Shown: positions 28,131 to 36,214 of the stretch, in pieces
Layout: each line of letters starts with the position of its first letter
Position numbering within the stretch: the stretch's first letter is position 1
Assembly: GCA_964459675.1 (NCBI GenBank)
Contig: CAYWNP010000002.1
Span: 4,665-48,966, forward strand
Length of the DNA stretch: 44,302 bases
DNA from: an uncultured Akkermansia sp.
GTDB taxonomy: Bacteria > Verrucomicrobiota > Kiritimatiellia > RFP12 > UBA1067
Direction: 5' to 3'
Notes under the pieces: generated by a model
Databases searched by the model: none
Told to the model about the DNA's origin: nothing
Seen by the model: only the letters and a program-made list of their open reading frames with translations
Position numbers and translations under genes: made by a program

Positions 28131-30050
28131 ATGCGAATGGATTGGGTTCAAACATGGGTCACCACGGTGACGGAGCATGCTCCGTTGTCGGAAAAGCTCT
28201 TGGACGGAGTGAGATATATCTCTGTCTTCTTGGGCGCCCTTGTGCTTGCTTTGATCCTGACGCCCCTCTGCCGTGAGTTGGTTCGAAAGTTGGGGATGCT
28301 TGACAAACCTGATCCGAGGCGTATTCATCAGAAGCCTATTCCTCGAGGAGGAGGGCTCTCTGTCTTCTTTGCGTTTCAAGTGGTGCTGGGTCTTTATATT
28401 GTGTTCACTGGGGCGCCCATCAGTCCGGCCTTCCCCACCTCTTTCCAGATGGCCTTCTTTGTGGGCTCTTCAGGGCTTTTGCTCCTGGGGTTCATCGATG
28501 ATAAGTGGGGAATGTCTGCCATGGTTAAGCTCCTCGGACAGATCCTTGTGGCGACTTTTCTCTTCTCCATGGGCGTGACGATTGGAGGCATTTTTGTCGA
28601 GTTTCCGCTTTGGCTGGATTACATCATCACCGTCCTCTGGATCGTCGGTGCGGTTAACGCCTTTAACTTGATTGATGGGCTCGACGGTCTGGCCTCTGGC
28701 CTAGCGGTGATCGCCTCTGCGGGTATTGCTGGATCGCTCTTTTTCACAGGCCAGTCTTCGAGTGCGATTCCCTATCTTGCGCTTTCCGGCGCCTGCCTGG
28801 GTTTCCTTCGGTATAACTTCCATCCGGCAACGGTCTTTCTCGGGGATACAGGAAGTATGTTCTTAGGACTCTGTATGGCGGTGCTTCCCTTGGAGAGTGG
28901 CTCACGCAAGGAATTGCTGCCGGCCATTGTCGTCCCCTTGCTGGCGATGGGCGTTCCGCTCTTTGATACCCTCCTGGCGATCTGGCGACGGACTGTCCGG
29001 GCATTGCTCCAAAAATCAGCAGTGGGACAGCAGATCGAAAAACGTATCCGCGTGATGCAACCCGACAAGGAGCACCTCCACCATCGTGTCTTACAGAAGA
29101 CGATGAACCAGCGTAATGCCGCATGGGTTCTCTATGGGATCAGTGCATTTCTCGTGCTTGTCGCGTTGTTAGGCGTTATGTTCAAGAAACAGGGGCCAGG
29201 TATCTTCCTGTTGACCTTTATCATTGCCGTGGTCGTGATCGTGCGACATCTGGTGCGTGTTGAACTTTGGGATACAGGGCGCCTGCTCTCTAATCAGCAT
29301 GTCGCCATCCGTAAAGGGCTGATCACCCCTTTGTTTGTCCTCTTTGATCTCGCGGCCTTGACGGGGGCAAGCCTTCTGGCGTACTGGACGATTTATCTGG
29401 TGCTCCCTAGGGACGTCGTGTTAACGCGGTTGCCGATTTTTGTCGTCTCCGTGTTTGTGATGTTGGTTCTCAGCAAGACCTATCTCCGCGTCTGGAGCCG
29501 GACTAGCATTTCTGACTTCTCCTATCTGATTGGCGCGATTCTTCTGGGCGCGCTCGTGGGAAGCGCGTTGTCCTGGCTGTTTTACGGGAGAGAGCAGATT
29601 GTCCGGTTTGTGTTTGCCTTTACGGGTCTGGCAACGGTTCCGATCTTGGGTGTCCGGTTGTTGGGGGAGACGCTACGCGGAGCCATGAACCTGAGCAGAA
29701 GGCGAACGATACTTTTAAACGAAAATGCTGAACGCATCTTGGTGTATGGCGCCGGGACGCGTTTTCGCAATTACCTGCGCAGCCGTGAGGCAAAAATCAT
29801 ATCCGAAGAGAGTGTGATCGTCGGTATTATTGATGACCATTTGGAGTTTTTTGGGCGAGTCATCTATAATTATGAGGTGTTGGGGAATATTCAAAATATA
29901 CCCGAGCTTTGCAAAACTTGGAAGGTCACGCGAATGGTGCTCACGTGCAACCTTCCTCATGAGCGCCTAGAGACCTTGTTGCGTTTTGCGAAAGAAGGCA
30001 ACATTAAGGTCTCGAAGTGGACCTGCGTCCAGCAGGAGATGTCCGTCTAA
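28131..30050 (+). CDS. WecA/MraY-family polyprenyl-phosphate HexNAc-1-phosphate transferase fused to extra TM helices and a Rossmann-like C-terminal domain
   Basis: GT4 (MraY-like) blocks are KPIPRGGG, NAFNLIDGLDGLASG and FLGDTGSMFLG. After about 370 aa there are 4 more TM helices and ILVYGAGTRFRNYL...VIVGIIDD. This resembles the N-terminal module of WbaP/CapD-type proteins. Confidence 0.8.
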   Translation: MRMDWVQTWVTTVTEHAPLSEKLLDGVRYISVFLGALVLALILTPLCRELVRKLGMLDKPDPRRIHQKPIPRGGGLSVFFAFQVVLGLYIVFTGAPISPAFPTSFQMAFFVGSSGLLLLGFIDDKWGMSAMVKLLGQILVATFLFSMGVTIGGIFVEFPLWLDYIITVLWIVGAVNAFNLIDGLDGLASGLAVIASAGIAGSLFFTGQSSSAIPYLALSGACLGFLRYNFHPATVFLGDTGSMFLGLCMAVLPLESGSRKELLPAIVVPLLAMGVPLFDTLLAIWRRTVRALLQKSAVGQQIEKRIRVMQPDKEHLHHRVLQKTMNQRNAAWVLYGISAFLVLVALLGVMFKKQGPGIFLLTFIIAVVVIVRHLVRVELWDTGRLLSNQHVAIRKGLITPLFVLFDLAALTGASLLAYWTIYLVLPRDVVLTRLPIFVVSVFVMLVLSKTYLRVWSRTSISDFSYLIGAILLGALVGSALSWLFYGREQIVRFVFAFTGLATVPILGVRLLGETLRGAMNLSRRRTILLNENAERILVYGAGTRFRNYLRSREAKIISEESVIVGIIDDHLEFFGRVIYNYEVLGNIQNIPELCKTWKVTRMVLTCNLPHERLETLLRFAKEGNIKVSKWTCVQQEMSV

Positions 30051-30670
30051 CGAATCGCCTGCCAGCGCTCCTGAAGTCTGCAAATGGCAGCATACGGATC
30101 CGCGGAGAGACAGACCGGACGGACCACGGCAAAATTCATCGCGCCCGCCTGACGGACCGCCTCCATGTTCGCCTCATTAATACCCCCGATCGCAACCGTC
30201 GTAAAGGGCGCGGCCCGGATGATCGACCCGGCTTGTTCAGGTCCTAAGGCCGGATCCGGAATCTCTTTGGTCGGTGTCACGTAGAGCGGTCCCACCCCAC
30301 AATAGTCTGGTGCCAGAGCTTCGGCTGCCTTGGCTTGATGCGGATTATGCGTTGATAAACCGACGATGCGAAGCGAGGGGAACTGTTGTCGGACTTGCGG
30401 GACAGGCATATCGTCCTGTCCGACGTGTACACCATCAGCCTCCGCCTCAACGGCGAGCACGGGATCATCATTGACAATAAAGAGCGTGGAGGAGCCACGG
30501 GTGATAGCCCGCATGTTCTTGGCGGTCGCAAGGAGGCTCTCTCGTGGCATGTGTTTCATGCGCAACTGGACATACCGTAAGCCAGCCTTGACAGCAGCCT
30601 CTGTGCAGGCCTCATACGAGGTCACAGGATTCGTAATCACCAGATAAAGTCCGAAGGATTCAATCGCCAT
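30047..30670 (-). CDS. thiE: Thiamine-phosphate synthase
   Basis: ORF trimmed to ATG 30670 (MAIESFGLYLVITNP), with AAGGAG upstream. ThiE blocks are YVQLRMK, FIVNDD and ADGVHVGQDDMP. The 3' end overlaps the convergent wecA-like gene by 4 nt. Confidence 0.88.
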   Translation of the reverse strand: MAIESFGLYLVITNPVTSYEACTEAAVKAGLRYVQLRMKHMPRESLLATAKNMRAITRGSSTLFIVNDDPVLAVEAEADGVHVGQDDMPVPQVRQQFPSLRIVGLSTHNPHQAKAAEALAPDYCGVGPLYVTPTKEIPDPALGPEQAGSIIRAAPFTTVAIGGINEANMEAVRQAGAMNFAVVRPVCLSADPYAAICRLQERWQAIR

Positions 30671-30784
30671 CTTTTTCTCCTTAAAAAGGAAACGATCATA
30701 CCATAACCTTATTTTCATGCCCATTGTTTTGTAGGAACTCCTTGCTTTTCCACGCAAAAAGCTGTTAACTAATAAACAGTTTCG

Positions 30785-31975
30785 ATGAATGAGCAGGTTA
30801 TTATGATAAAAGGTTCCCGATTGATGGTGGTGTTGGGTGTTGTCGGATTTGTCTCAGCAAGTACGGGCGGCACGTTCACTCAGAAAGAAGCGGATCACAA
30901 ATTGCTACTTGAGCGCGGGATCCTCGAGTGGGATATGGTTTCAAGCCCTCTTCAAAACCTGCGGCCTCTGATGAAAACCCCTGAGGGGGCCATAGAGCCG
31001 AAGTTTAAAGTCTATTATTCCGCCAAAGGCATGGCTCCGATGCTCCTGCTTTTCAAGAGCAGCAAAGAGTCCAAGATGGTTGATCGCGTGATCCTGGATG
31101 AGAACGGGAACAAGGATTTCACGGATGATCCCGTCCTGACCTTGGATTCCGAGCGACCTCTTGATGTGAAATGGAAGACCAAAGGCGGTGAGGCTGCTGA
31201 CTATCGCATCTATCTGGTTAAGTCGAAGCAAGGCACCACCGGGAATATCGCCTTCCTGCCGATGCTCTGGCGAGAGGGGACCGTCACGCTGGAGGGCAAG
31301 ACAGTCCACGCGTTGCTTCAAAACAATCATATGATGGAAAAAACGCTTCTGATTGACAGGGATGGTGACGGGAAGTTCAATTTTAACTCCCGTGACGATC
31401 AGGTCCGTCTCGCATCCACCACGAAGATCAAGGATACCTTTTATAAGACAATCACGGGTCCTGGAGAGGATGATCTGAGTCTTGAGAAATACACTGGGCC
31501 GTTTGCCAAGCTGGAGTTTACGGGTGAACTGGTTGCCGAGTCCAGCAAGGGTGAGGTGGAGGTGGCGTTGTATGGTATAGAGCCAACAACGAACAGAACG
31601 CCTCCCAGTTTCTTTTCTGTAAAAACAGCAGTTACGAATCAGCCGATTGTGATCCCGGCAGGCGAATACACGATTCGCAATGCGCACATCGCTACGGGAG
31701 GAGAGAAAAGTAAGTCTATCGGCTTCCGTCTGGATAAAAAGATTGTCCTCTCGCCGGAGCAGGTGACCAAGATTGTCTTGGACAATCCCAAGGCTGAGTT
31801 AGCGGTGACCCAGAAGGACCGCAAATTGACGGTCAATCGGAAAGTCATCTCTACGGGCGATCAGGGTGTTACTTATTCATTGGGTCGCGACAAGGAGCCT
31901 CTCGTTGTGGATGTGGTTGAACCGGCAGATCAAAACAAGGTGCTTATTGGCCGAAAAAATATGGAGTATGGCTGA
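30785..31975 (+). CDS. Hypothetical secreted beta-rich protein; may read through UGA 31973-31975 to TAA 32096-32098
   Basis: The signal/anchor is GSRLMVVLGVVGFVSASTGG. No family was recognised. The ORF ends ...NMEYG-TGA and continues in frame for 40 sense codons (see the SECIS-like feature and finding). Confidence 0.6.
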   Translation: MNEQVIMIKGSRLMVVLGVVGFVSASTGGTFTQKEADHKLLLERGILEWDMVSSPLQNLRPLMKTPEGAIEPKFKVYYSAKGMAPMLLLFKSSKESKMVDRVILDENGNKDFTDDPVLTLDSERPLDVKWKTKGGEAADYRIYLVKSKQGTTGNIAFLPMLWREGTVTLEGKTVHALLQNNHMMEKTLLIDRDGDGKFNFNSRDDQVRLASTTKIKDTFYKTITGPGEDDLSLEKYTGPFAKLEFTGELVAESSKGEVEVALYGIEPTTNRTPPSFFSVKTAVTNQPIVIPAGEYTIRNAHIATGGEKSKSIGFRLDKKIVLSPEQVTKIVLDNPKAELAVTQKDRKLTVNRKVISTGDQGVTYSLGRDKEPLVVDVVEPADQNKVLIGRKNMEYG

Positions 31976-31987
31976 GGAGGCACATGC

Positions 31988-32006
31988 GGATGCTCGGTGA
32001 GCATCC
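31988..32006 (+). other. SECIS-like hairpin (candidate selenocysteine insertion element)
   Basis: GGATGCTC-GGT-GAGCATCC forms a perfect 8-bp stem with a GGU apical loop. The stem starts 12 nt after UGA 31973-31975. This geometry is similar to the minimal bacterial SECIS. Confidence 0.4.
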
Positions 32007-32218
32007 CCTCGGAAATCAAGGCTGGCCAAAAGATCCTGATACGTCTTCAGAAGGGCAGTGATGAGAACCGGCTCGTCAAAGAGTTTATCGTGAAGTAAAA
32101 AGTTTCGTCCCTTCGAAGAAAGTATTCTTCCTTTTATAAGAACGCTGTACTTTTACCGTAGAAAACGTGTAAAATTGCGCTTCTAAAAAGGAAACGACGA
32201 CGATGTCCACGATACCCG

Positions 32219-33280
32219 TTGCTCGCTAAAGAATCTATGCGGTACCTCCAGCAAAGTCTCGCGATCGCAAAGGCGACGGTTGTTGAATCCATTCAGCAGC
32301 CCATCGCCTTCTTAATCGTCGCCTCTGGCATCCTTTCCACCTTGCTGGTCCCCCTCTTTCAGTTCCATCGGTTTAGTGAGGACGGACGTTTGGCGCGTGA
32401 TTCAGGTTTTTCAACCATGATGGTCTTTGGTCTGGCCCTTGCGGTCACGACGGCGGGCCGAGCCGTTGCCGTGGAGATCCGGCGGGGAACCGCTGCGGCC
32501 ATCATCGGTAAACCTGTGGCTCGCTCTCTCTTTGTGGTTTCAAAATGGTTGGGCGTCTGCGGGGTGCTTCTTCTCTTCTGGCTGGGATTGATTGCGGCCA
32601 CGCTCTTAGCGGAACGGGGCTCCTCTCACTTCATGCTGAATGAGGTTTGCACGCATAGCCAGCACGGTGGCGATGATCTCTGCGAAACCTCGGGTTACGT
32701 GATGGACTATCTGACTCTGGGACTGGGAATAGGAGGCGTCTTGGTTGCGCTTCTCTATGCTGCCTCCCAACAGTATTTCAAGCGCCGGCGTTTTGGCGTC
32801 CATGCTTTTGTCGGCATTACCGTCTCCCAGTGGATTGTTGTTGGACTCTGCGGCCTCTATGACCGTACAGGACACCTCCTGTTTCTGCTCAAAGGAAGCC
32901 CCGTCTTTGTCAGTGATTTGGATTGGCGCATTCTTCCTGTTGGAGCCTTGGTTCTCCTGGCGTTGTTGATCTTTGCCGCGCTGGCAACAGCGTTGGCCAC
33001 ACGCTTGCAGACAGGCGCGACGCTGGCGCTCTGCGTGTTGGTTCTTCTGTTGGGACTGACGGGCGATCTCCTGGCTGCACAGACATCCCTTCTCTCAATC
33101 CAAGGCTGGTGTGCAGGCCTCTTGCCAGATCTTCAACACTTCTGGCTCTGTGACGCCTTGGCGCAAGGAGGCAGCCTTTCATGGGGATATGTTGCGGAGG
33201 CAGGGCTTTATGCGTTAAGCTGTTGCACCTTGTTCCTCACAGCGGGATGCCTCTCTTTTGCCAATCGGGATTTAGGATAA
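32219..33280 (+). CDS. ABC-2-type transporter permease-like polytopic membrane protein
   Basis: Multiple hydrophobic helices. It lies immediately upstream of, and is translationally coupled to (TAATG), an ABC ATPase. The start is TTG 32219 or ATG 32237. Confidence 0.6.
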   Translation: MLAKESMRYLQQSLAIAKATVVESIQQPIAFLIVASGILSTLLVPLFQFHRFSEDGRLARDSGFSTMMVFGLALAVTTAGRAVAVEIRRGTAAAIIGKPVARSLFVVSKWLGVCGVLLLFWLGLIAATLLAERGSSHFMLNEVCTHSQHGGDDLCETSGYVMDYLTLGLGIGGVLVALLYAASQQYFKRRRFGVHAFVGITVSQWIVVGLCGLYDRTGHLLFLLKGSPVFVSDLDWRILPVGALVLLALLIFAALATALATRLQTGATLALCVLVLLLGLTGDLLAAQTSLLSIQGWCAGLLPDLQHFWLCDALAQGGSLSWGYVAEAGLYALSCCTLFLTAGCLSFANRDLG

Positions 33281-34245
33281 TGGAGACTATGAACCACGTC
33301 ATTCAAATAAAGAACCTGGGAAAGACCTTCAAGGACTTTTGGCGCCGGCCTGTCGTCGAGGCTGTGAAGGATTTGAACCTGACCATTCAACAGGGCGAGG
33401 TCTTCGGACTTCTGGGGCCGAATGGCTCCGGCAAAAGCACCACATTGAAGATGATGCTCGGGCTTCTGCGTCCGACGCAGGGAACCATTGAGCTTTTTGA
33501 GGGCTGCGGACCGGAGGATGTCGCGGCCAAAGCGCGGGTGGGATATCTGCCCGAAGTTTCACATCTTCATGAATTTCTGACCCCGCGTGAAACGCTCCTG
33601 TACTATGCCTCTCTTTTTGGTCTTCCACAGGCTGATGCTAAGCGCCGCACAAAGGAACTCTTGCAGATGGTCGGACTCGAGTCTGTCGCCGATCGCGCCG
33701 TCGGAAAATTTTCAAAAGGCATGGCGCGTCGTGTGGGTCTGGCGCAGGCCCTCATTAACGCGCCGGAGTTGCTGATCCTGGATGAACCGACCTCTGGGTT
33801 GGATCCGATCGGTTGTCGCGAAGTCAAGGATCTGGTTCGTCTGTTGGCCAAGAGTGGCGTCACGGTACTGATGACCTCTCACCTGCTGGCAGATGTTGAG
33901 GATGTCTGTGATCGCGTGGCGATTATGAATCGAGGAGAGCTCTGTGCTTACGGTTCCACGCGCGACCTGCTGCGTAATCCCGATGTGGTGCGCTTCTCGA
34001 TCCCTGGGCTCTCGGCTGAAGCTGCCACGGAGATTCGCCATCAACTCGAACAACGCGCGGCACGACCTGTGCATCAAGATTTTCCGGAGATGAGCCTCGA
34101 AGCCTACTTCCTAAAAGTCGTCTCCCCTGAATCGGATAACACAGCCTTTAAGGTGGCACCCTTCCTCGAGAAGCTCCCGGCCTCCCTGGCCGCCGTAGCC
34201 TTGGCGGAGGGGACCGACCTCCGACCTCCGACCTCCGACCTCTGA
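33280..34245 (+). CDS. ABC transporter ATP-binding protein
   Basis: ORF trimmed to ATG 33280, which overlaps the upstream stop. Walker A GPNGSGKST, signature-region FSKGMARRVGLA, and Walker B LLILDEPTSGLD are present. The last ~10 codons and the stop lie in a heptamer repeat. Confidence 0.9.
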   Translation: METMNHVIQIKNLGKTFKDFWRRPVVEAVKDLNLTIQQGEVFGLLGPNGSGKSTTLKMMLGLLRPTQGTIELFEGCGPEDVAAKARVGYLPEVSHLHEFLTPRETLLYYASLFGLPQADAKRRTKELLQMVGLESVADRAVGKFSKGMARRVGLAQALINAPELLILDEPTSGLDPIGCREVKDLVRLLAKSGVTVLMTSHLLADVEDVCDRVAIMNRGELCAYGSTRDLLRNPDVVRFSIPGLSAEAATEIRHQLEQRAARPVHQDFPEMSLEAYFLKVVSPESDNTAFKVAPFLEKLPASLAAVALAEGTDLRPPTSDL

Positions 34246-34250
34246 CCTCT
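34214..34250 (+). repeat. Tandem heptamer array CCGACCT x4 + CTGACCT
   Basis: Read directly. The ABC ATPase stop codon TGA (34243-34245) lies in the variant fifth unit. Confidence 0.85.
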
Positions 34251-34253
34251 GTT

Positions 34254-35600
34254 ATGCACTCCCTCCGTAAAATCTTTGGTATTTTCCTCCTCGCCTTGCG
34301 CGCGTCATTGCGTACCAAGACGGTCTTTGCCTTATTATTGCTGATGGTGACTTGTGTTCTCCTCTTGCCTGCGGTGGTGAAAGGGGATGGCACACCTCAA
34401 GGGGACTGCCAAATCTTGATTCTCTACACACTTGGGTTTTCGTTTGCGCTTCTCTGTCTCTCGACGCTCTGGGCGGCATGTGCGCTCTTTGCGGCAGAGA
34501 TCGACACTCAACTCATTCAGCTCTCGGCTGTGAAGCCGGTGCGTGCCGTGGAGTTCTGGCTGGGCAAATGGTTCGCGCTCTTACTGCTGAATGCGCTCGC
34601 GCTGTCTGCTGTTTATGGTGCTGTTTATGTGCAGCTCCGTTGGAAACAGCGCCAGCCTGGCTGGCGTGAGAGCGTCCAGTTGGTGAGTCGGAGTGTTGTG
34701 CATCCACTATTGCCCACACCACAAGAGGAGGCGCAAGAAACGTATGCGTTCCTGGAGAAACAAAAGGCGCTTCCACAAGGGCTCAGCAAAGGTCAGGTCA
34801 TGCGGGCATTGACGACGAAGGCGCAAGAACGCTATACGATTGTGAATCCAGGAGAGTCGGCCGCTTGGCGCTTCCAGTTGGCGCGGCCGGTTACGATACA
34901 CGAGCGACTCACCGTCCGTATTCGTTTTGATACGGAATACAGCACGCGGACTCAAGTGACCGGGGTTTGTCGGGTCGCCCCGGCTGATTCCCAAGCCAAA
35001 GCTTTGGAGATCCCACTCGATGACTTTTCCCTCCAGGAGATTGAATTTGATCTCGCGTGCGAGGCCTTTCATCGGACACAGGACCTCTCAGCCATCAACC
35101 TGAGCTTCACGCATACGGGCGATCCGACCAAGTCCTCTGCCTTGATGCTGCGCTTTCGCAAGGATGTGGTTGTGTTGACCCAGGGAGGCTCCTTCGAGGC
35201 GAACCTTCTACGTTCAGCCCTTGTCCATTGGAGTGTGCTTGCGTTGCTGGCGGCCTTTGGCCTGACTCTCAGCGCCTGCTTCTCCTTGCCGGTCGCGGTC
35301 TTCACCTCGACGATCCTGTTACTGCTTGTGATGATCGGGACCTCCGTGAACGAGGTGGTCTCAGCCGAAGACGAAAAAGAGTGGTTAAAAAAACCAGGCA
35401 TTCTGGTCTCGCGCGGGGTGAGTGCGATCGCCCAGCATGCGTTGCGGTTCGATCCGCTCGAGGCGGTGGTTAACGGGGAACGAATTGAAAATCAGGCTTT
35501 GCGAGAGCTTCTTCTTTGGAATGTGTTGTTGACCCCGGCCGTTTTTGGGCTCGTGGGCATCCTGATTTTAAGACGCCGTGAACTGGCCGCTGGCGATTGA
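34254..35600 (+). CDS. Membrane protein with a large extracytoplasmic loop, putative second permease/accessory subunit of the ABC system
   Basis: There are N-terminal TM helices, a soluble segment of about 170 aa, and C-terminal TM helices. It is tightly linked to the ATPase (8-nt gap). Confidence 0.6.
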   Translation: MHSLRKIFGIFLLALRASLRTKTVFALLLLMVTCVLLLPAVVKGDGTPQGDCQILILYTLGFSFALLCLSTLWAACALFAAEIDTQLIQLSAVKPVRAVEFWLGKWFALLLLNALALSAVYGAVYVQLRWKQRQPGWRESVQLVSRSVVHPLLPTPQEEAQETYAFLEKQKALPQGLSKGQVMRALTTKAQERYTIVNPGESAAWRFQLARPVTIHERLTVRIRFDTEYSTRTQVTGVCRVAPADSQAKALEIPLDDFSLQEIEFDLACEAFHRTQDLSAINLSFTHTGDPTKSSALMLRFRKDVVVLTQGGSFEANLLRSALVHWSVLALLAAFGLTLSACFSLPVAVFTSTILLLLVMIGTSVNEVVSAEDEKEWLKKPGILVSRGVSAIAQHALRFDPLEAVVNGERIENQALRELLLWNVLLTPAVFGLVGILILRRRELAAGD

Positions 35601-35607
35601 GAAAAAC

Positions 35608-36201
35608 ATGTTAAAACTGGCATACGTCTTTATCAAAATCGGACTGCTGACCGTCGGGGGCGGACTAGCCATGATCCCGATTGTCCAGCACGAGATGATT
35701 TCGCGCGGCTGGCTGACGCATCAGCAGTTTCTCGAGATTCTCGGCGTCTCCCAGATGACGCCGGGGCCGCTTGCGGTTAACACCGCCACCTTTGTCGGAT
35801 ACCGTGTCACATCTTTAACGAATCCCGAAGGCGGCGTCCTGCTGGCGATCGTCGGCGCCCTCTGTTGTACAATCGCGGTCTGCCTTCCCTCTGTCCTCTG
35901 TGTCAACCTGTTCGGACGGTTTTGGACGACACATCGCAACCATCCTTGTCTCCAGCGCATCTTTGATCTGCTTCGCCCCATCGTCACCGGTCTCGTCGCT
36001 GTAGCAGGTATCATGTTGATCGTCAATAGCCTGTGGGACGTGGAGACCTTGAGTGTCACGCTGCTCAAGACAAGGCCTGATCTCCCCGCTCTGGTCATTG
36101 CTAGCGCCGCTTTTGTTCTGACTGCTTTCACACGGGTAGCGCCTGTCCGCATTGTCTTTGCAGGCCTCTTCGCTGGCCTGTTGGTCGGAATGATGGGGTA
36201 G
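35608..36201 (+). CDS. Chromate-transporter (CHR) family protein, single short-chain half
   Basis: ORF trimmed to ATG 35608. The CHR signature is IGLLTVGGGLAMIPIVQHEMISRGWLTHQQFLEILGVSQMTPGP. The ~197-aa length equals one CHR domain. Confidence 0.8.
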   Translation: MLKLAYVFIKIGLLTVGGGLAMIPIVQHEMISRGWLTHQQFLEILGVSQMTPGPLAVNTATFVGYRVTSLTNPEGGVLLAIVGALCCTIAVCLPSVLCVNLFGRFWTTHRNHPCLQRIFDLLRPIVTGLVAVAGIMLIVNSLWDVETLSVTLLKTRPDLPALVIASAAFVLTAFTRVAPVRIVFAGLFAGLLVGMMG

Positions 36202-36214
36202 AAAAAAGGAAAAC

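Noticed and set aside
27952-28170. A 72-aa ORF in the ADH-wecA spacer, and a 61-aa ORF at 18271-18456 in the ilvC-tolB spacer.
   Set aside because: Neither has an RBS. Both are basic, low-complexity translations with non-ATG starts, overlapping terminator or repeat sequences.
30671-30784. A TPP riboswitch upstream of thiE.
   Set aside because: The 114-nt leader, read on the minus strand, lacks the conserved CUGAGA and ACCUGAUCUGGAUAAUGCCAGCG-type elements. No convincing THI-box fold is present.
31984-32064. A 26-codon mini-ORF (MRMLGEHPLGNQGWPKDPDTSSEGQ) starting 3 nt after GAGGAGG, as an alternative explanation of the sequence after the UGA.
   Set aside because: The SD-to-ATG spacing of 3 nt is too short. 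Its third-position composition is not coding-like compared with the in-frame extension, and the peptide has no features. It is kept only as the null alternative to the Sec hypothesis.
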